NCBI GenBank assembly: GCA_018262835.1
Contig: JADFDP010000002.1
Span: forward strand, 34,873-98,872
Reading direction: 5' to 3'
DNA length: 64,000 bases
Origin: Candidatus Aminicenantes bacterium
GTDB lineage: Bacteria; Acidobacteriota; Aminicenantia; UBA2199
The notes under the pieces are model-generated. The model saw only the letters and a program-made list of their open reading frames with translations. It did not search any database and was not told the DNA's origin. Below are positions 60,130 through 64,000 of this stretch, piece by piece (position 1 is the first letter of the stretch; every line of letters begins with the position of its first letter). A program made the position numbers and the translations under genes.

Positions 60130-61230
60130 ATGCGTCCAGAAAAAATCCTCATCTGTTACAATGAGCCGGCCGGTATATATGATAACTATTCCGGCAAAAC
60201 CCAAGCCAGCGGGACGGCGATGGAAGACTCCTCCGATCCGGGACTGATGACCCAGGTCAGCGAGATCCAGAAGATCCTGCAGCAGCAGTTTCTCCAGGTC
60301 GAGTGCCTGCCCTTCAGCCGGGATTTCGCCAGGGCGCTGCGCCGTATCCTGCAGCTGGCCCCGGACATCATCCTCAATTTCGTGGAAGCGCTGGAGGGCG
60401 ACACGAATTTTGAGGGACACATCGCCGGCGCCTTTGAAATCCTGGACATCGAATTCACCGGCAACCGGGCACTGACCCTGGGCAACTGCCTGAACAAGCT
60501 CAAAACCAAGCAGATCCTGAGGGCGCTGGGCGTCCGCAGCCCCAAGTACATGCTGGCTCGGCTCAACGGCAAAATCGATGCCGCGGCACTCAAGCTGAAA
60601 TTTCCGCTGATCCTGAAATTGAACAAGGAAGACGCCAGCATCGGCATCTCCGAATCATCCGTGGTCCATGATTTCCAGGCTTTGCAGGCGCAACTGGATT
60701 TCCTGTTCGGCAATTACCGCCAGGACGTGCTGATCGAGGAGTGTCTGCCCGGGCGCGAGATCAGCGCCGCCATCCTGGGCGACCGCGTGCTGCCGCTCTC
60801 GGAGATCTCTTACGAGGGCTTGCCGGAGCATCTGCCCAGAATTGTCACCTATGAAGCCAAGTGGTCTCTGCATAGCACCTATTATAAGTATACGACCCCG
60901 GTCTGTCCGGCCGTCATCGACAGGGAGTTGCAGGCGCTGATCGAGAAAACGGCGCTGGCCGCTTTCAATGCCCTGGACTGCCGTGACTATGCCCGGGTCG
61001 ATTTCCGCCTCAGCCAGAGGAATATCCCCCATGTGGTTGACGTCAATCCCAATCCCGATCTCTCGCCCGAAGCCGGGTTCATCCGTTCGGCTTCCCATGC
61101 CGGGCTCAGTTATGAGCAGGTGCTGTTTGCCCTGGTCGATTTCGCCCTGCAGAGAAGCAGCGCCAGCGGCCGTTCAACAGCCGAAAGAAGAAAGCACCTG
61201 GAAATGTATCTGCAGGAATTGAAAGCCTGA
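60130..61230 (+). CDS. D-Ala-D-Ala ligase-like ATP-grasp protein
   Basis: FTGN, EDASIGI, GRE, YEAKW, RDYARVDFR, DVNPNP. Confidence 0.85.
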   Translation: MRPEKILICYNEPAGIYDNYSGKTQASGTAMEDSSDPGLMTQVSEIQKILQQQFLQVECLPFSRDFARALRRILQLAPDIILNFVEALEGDTNFEGHIAGAFEILDIEFTGNRALTLGNCLNKLKTKQILRALGVRSPKYMLARLNGKIDAAALKLKFPLILKLNKEDASIGISESSVVHDFQALQAQLDFLFGNYRQDVLIEECLPGREISAAILGDRVLPLSEISYEGLPEHLPRIVTYEAKWSLHSTYYKYTTPVCPAVIDRELQALIEKTALAAFNALDCRDYARVDFRLSQRNIPHVVDVNPNPDLSPEAGFIRSASHAGLSYEQVLFALVDFALQRSSASGRSTAERRKHLEMYLQELKA

Positions 61231-61444
61231 CCCGGCTTGCTGTCTCAACGTTCGGGCGGGAAACTACCCCGAGCGCATCGCCGCCGCAGCGCCAACTTTC
61301 AGGATTCAATCGGGAAAAACAGCTTGGCATTATATTAATTGGGATTGCCGCGGAAGATCATGCCCGGCCCTTTCCGGTTTGGCTCGCCGGTGGTCGTAGG
61401 GGTTTCGAGATTCTTTCCGCGGCATTCTGAGGCCGCAATGGCGG

Positions 61445-62737
61445 TCATGCGTTCGTGCCGAATGAGATGAGATCCGCGGTGGTCTGGGTGTCGGGATCGA
61501 AGGTAATGGTGTGGCGAAAGGCGGCGCTCGCGAAGAGGGGAAGGTACAGCAGGATGGTGACCGCGAAGCTGGCCGAGATCAGGATGCGGATGGGGATGAA
61601 CTCGGCCAGCACGCCGCCCGTAACCATGGCCAGTGGCATGAGGCCGGTGCTGAAGCTGCCGAGGATACCGAACACTTTGCCGCGCATCTCCTGGGGCACG
61701 GTAAGCTGGATGACGCTGGCCATGAATGTGTTGAGCAGCGCCGATGCCACGCCGCCCACGAAGGCCAGCAGCGCCATGAGCGGGAAGTAAAGGAAGAGAG
61801 GAAACAGGATCATGTTGAACGAGGAGATGAAACCGCAGGCCGCGAAGAGCCGGAAGCGCCTGGCGGGACGGATATGCACGAGAGAGGAAAAGAACAGGCC
61901 GGCCAGGAGACCGCCGGTGAAGCAGGCCATCACCAGACCGTAAAGGGCGGGCCCCAGGTGGCGCTGACGCTCGAAGAGCGGCAGGATCAGCATGATGCCC
62001 ATGGAAGCAAAAAAATTCACGATGGCGGCAAATGTCAGCAGGTGGCGCAGGCCGATGAAGCGCCAGACGAAGGCGAAGCCCTCCTTCATGTCGGAAAAGA
62101 AATGGGAGCGCTCCTTTTTGGCTTCGATCTTGGGAATCTTCACGAACGGGATGGCCAGGGCCGAAAATAGGTAGGAGAGGCCGTTGAAGAGAAACATGAC
62201 GGGAGCGCCCAGGACTTTGAAAAGGATGCCGCCGGCCGAATTTCCCGCCAGGCCTGACAGCGTGTAGATCATGTGAAAGACCGAATTGGCCTGAACAAGC
62301 TTGTCGCGTCTGACGATGTCGGGAAGGGAACTGGCCACTGCCGGGTTGAAGAATGCGCCGCCCAGGCCGATCACGATGGCGGCTGTAAATACCATCCAGA
62401 CCTGGACGAATTGCAACAGTGCCGCTACTCCGACCAGGGCCACGGCCAGGCCCCGGACCGTGTCCGTGAGAATCAGCAGGCGCTTGCGGTCGCCGCGGTC
62501 GACCAGCACCCCGGCGAAGGGGGAAGCCAGCACCCGCGGCAGTGAGCTGGCCGCCATCAGGGCGCCCATCAGGGCCGTGGAGCCTGTCTTGGCCAGGATC
62601 CAGAAGCCCAGGGCGATGGAATAGATGACGTCACCCAGGGCCGAGACCAACTGGCCCTGCCATAGGATGAAAAAATTGCGGTTCCAGAGCTTTCCCTTCG
62701 TCGGCTTCTGGACGGATGGATCGTTTGCCACGTTCAT
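61445..62737 (-). CDS. MFS transporter (DHA3/macrolide-efflux-like)
   Basis: WQGQLVSALGD, AGVLVDRGDRK, P.EMRGKV; about 12 TMs. Confidence 0.9.
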   Translation of the reverse strand: MNVANDPSVQKPTKGKLWNRNFFILWQGQLVSALGDVIYSIALGFWILAKTGSTALMGALMAASSLPRVLASPFAGVLVDRGDRKRLLILTDTVRGLAVALVGVAALLQFVQVWMVFTAAIVIGLGGAFFNPAVASSLPDIVRRDKLVQANSVFHMIYTLSGLAGNSAGGILFKVLGAPVMFLFNGLSYLFSALAIPFVKIPKIEAKKERSHFFSDMKEGFAFVWRFIGLRHLLTFAAIVNFFASMGIMLILPLFERQRHLGPALYGLVMACFTGGLLAGLFFSSLVHIRPARRFRLFAACGFISSFNMILFPLFLYFPLMALLAFVGGVASALLNTFMASVIQLTVPQEMRGKVFGILGSFSTGLMPLAMVTGGVLAEFIPIRILISASFAVTILLYLPLFASAAFRHTITFDPDTQTTADLISFGTNA

Positions 62738-62831
62738 ATTGATGCGCACTCTCGTTGGTAGCCCCGCATACTTGCTCTGGCAAATAAAATCAAGGGACCC
62801 GCGGCCGGTTTGGATTTTTCGGCCCGCCCCT

Positions 62832-63437
62832 TCACCGGCTCTCGGGAATGATGATGTCCACCGACTCGAAGCCCAGCAGGCGGAAGAATTTTTCCAGCAT
62901 CTGCCGGCCCTGCTCGGCGCTGTTCTTCAGGATGCCCTTTTCCCTGGCGTTGCGGTCGAAGATGCGCCGGGCGTCCTCGTGGAATTTTTTGCTCTCCTCG
63001 AACGTGATCTCTCCGACCTCGATGAAGGTCTCGAAGCCGCTGGGGTTGATGACCACGTCCAGGATGCGGGCCGGTGGCAGCTTGACCACGATGGACTTGT
63101 CGCGGCGGATGATCGATTTTTCGTTCAATTCCGACAGGTCGAAGCCGGATATCACTTCGCCCTTGGCGATGAAGATCAGCCGCTTGTTGGCGGTGAACAG
63201 CGGCGTGCGTATGAGCCCGGTGTCGTAGACATACTCGTCGTAGAACGTCTGGGTGAACATCTGGGCGATGTTTTTTACCTGCTGGATGATGACCGGCGTG
63301 TCTTCGATCTTGGGCGCGCCGCCGCGGAAAAGCGAGGGCAGCGAAGGCAGGAGGCCGATCTTGGCCAGCGGGCCGTAGATCAGCAGCAGGATGACCAGGA
63401 GGGCGAGTATCTGGATGACGGAAAAAATTTTTTTCAT
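62832..63437 (-). CDS. DUF4230-like protein
   Basis: N-terminal TM, G.V.SGFDLSEL, KLPPARI, GIL...A. Confidence 0.8.
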   Translation of the reverse strand: MKKIFSVIQILALLVILLLIYGPLAKIGLLPSLPSLFRGGAPKIEDTPVIIQQVKNIAQMFTQTFYDEYVYDTGLIRTPLFTANKRLIFIAKGEVISGFDLSELNEKSIIRRDKSIVVKLPPARILDVVINPSGFETFIEVGEITFEESKKFHEDARRIFDRNAREKGILKNSAEQGRQMLEKFFRLLGFESVDIIIPESR

Positions 63438-64000
63438 GTCCGTCCTCCCTTTTCCTTGAATACGACGCGCACGGTTGTGAAGCCCATTTTTTTCAACCAC
63501 GATTCTATCAGGATGCGGGCATTGCGCGCGGCTCGCTGCAGGATGTCCATGGTGGCGACCTTGGCGCGGATGTCTTTTTCCCCCTGGCTGAGCAGGCCAT
63601 CCTTTTCCTCGTTGGAGAAATCGCTGCGCAGGATGCCCGATTCGTTGAAAATCTCCCTCATTTGCTCCGGCTTCATGTTGAAAAGCAGGATCCTGGGTTG
63701 GGGCAGGGAGACGGTCACCGCCTTGTTGTCCTCCAGCCGGATGTCCTGGTCGGCTAATTCATTCAGGTCGATGCCGGCCTTGACCGTGGCCGCGGTTTCG
63801 AAAAGGATCTTGCGGTCGCCGTACCAGGCCACGTTCTTGTAAGAGACGATCTTGGTCACGCTGTATTCGACCGTGGCCAATTCGGCCAGGTCCTTGAGGG
63901 TGCGGGCGCTGAGCAGCGGCCGGGCTTGGCGCCGCGGCACGGCGATATTGACGGCCAGCAGCGCCAGGATTACGGCCGCCAAGATGAGCAGCCGCTTTAT
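63434..64000 (-). CDS. DUF4230-like protein (5' end beyond the window)
   Basis: ELATVE, VKAGIDL, LPQPRI, ILQRAARNA. Confidence 0.8.
   Translation of the reverse strand: MKRLLILAAVILALLAVNIAVPRRQARPLLSARTLKDLAELATVEYSVTKIVSYKNVAWYGDRKILFETAATVKAGIDLNELADQDIRLEDNKAVTVSLPQPRILLFNMKPEQMREIFNESGILRSDFSNEEKDGLLSQGEKDIRAKVATMDILQRAARNARILIESWLKKMGFTTVRVVFKEKGGRT

Overview
A 64-kb bacterial chromosomal window, moderately GC-rich, from a diderm organism. Gene order resembles Acidobacteriota/Aminicenantes or Deltaproteobacteria, but this is inference and cannot be confirmed from sequence alone. The core consists of nadC-nadB; tatA-methyltransferase-ROK-lepA; two GT4 glycosyltransferases; a long minus-strand run (DUF1844-TPR-DUF4388-ribF-tig-clpP-clpX-lon-engB-rho); mazG; a second run (flippase-like-nrdR-hsp20-lon2-thiL-pepA); and a complete porin-pstSCAB-phoU-phoB-phoR locus divergent from arsC. 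No rRNA, tRNA, CRISPR or intact transposase was found. Most notable observations: (1) two tandem family-5 solute-binding proteins coupled to a sensor kinase with no permease or ATPase; (2) a consensus sigma54 promoter with three TGTCCCA-N3-TGGGAC palindromes driving two unknown genes; (3) two 11-bp-phased TTAA arrays suggesting arsC is co-regulated with Pst; (4) a putative lipid-modifying cluster (FabX-like flavoenzyme with a repeat tail, FeS-FAD oxidoreductase, stand-alone thioester reductase); (5) a Lon paralogue lacking about 24 aa of the conserved long helix; (6) many apparently leaderless genes; (7) dispersed, nested heptamer-based palindromic elements and two structured intergenic segments; (8) a sulfatase-type gene remnant and a probable ATC start codon.
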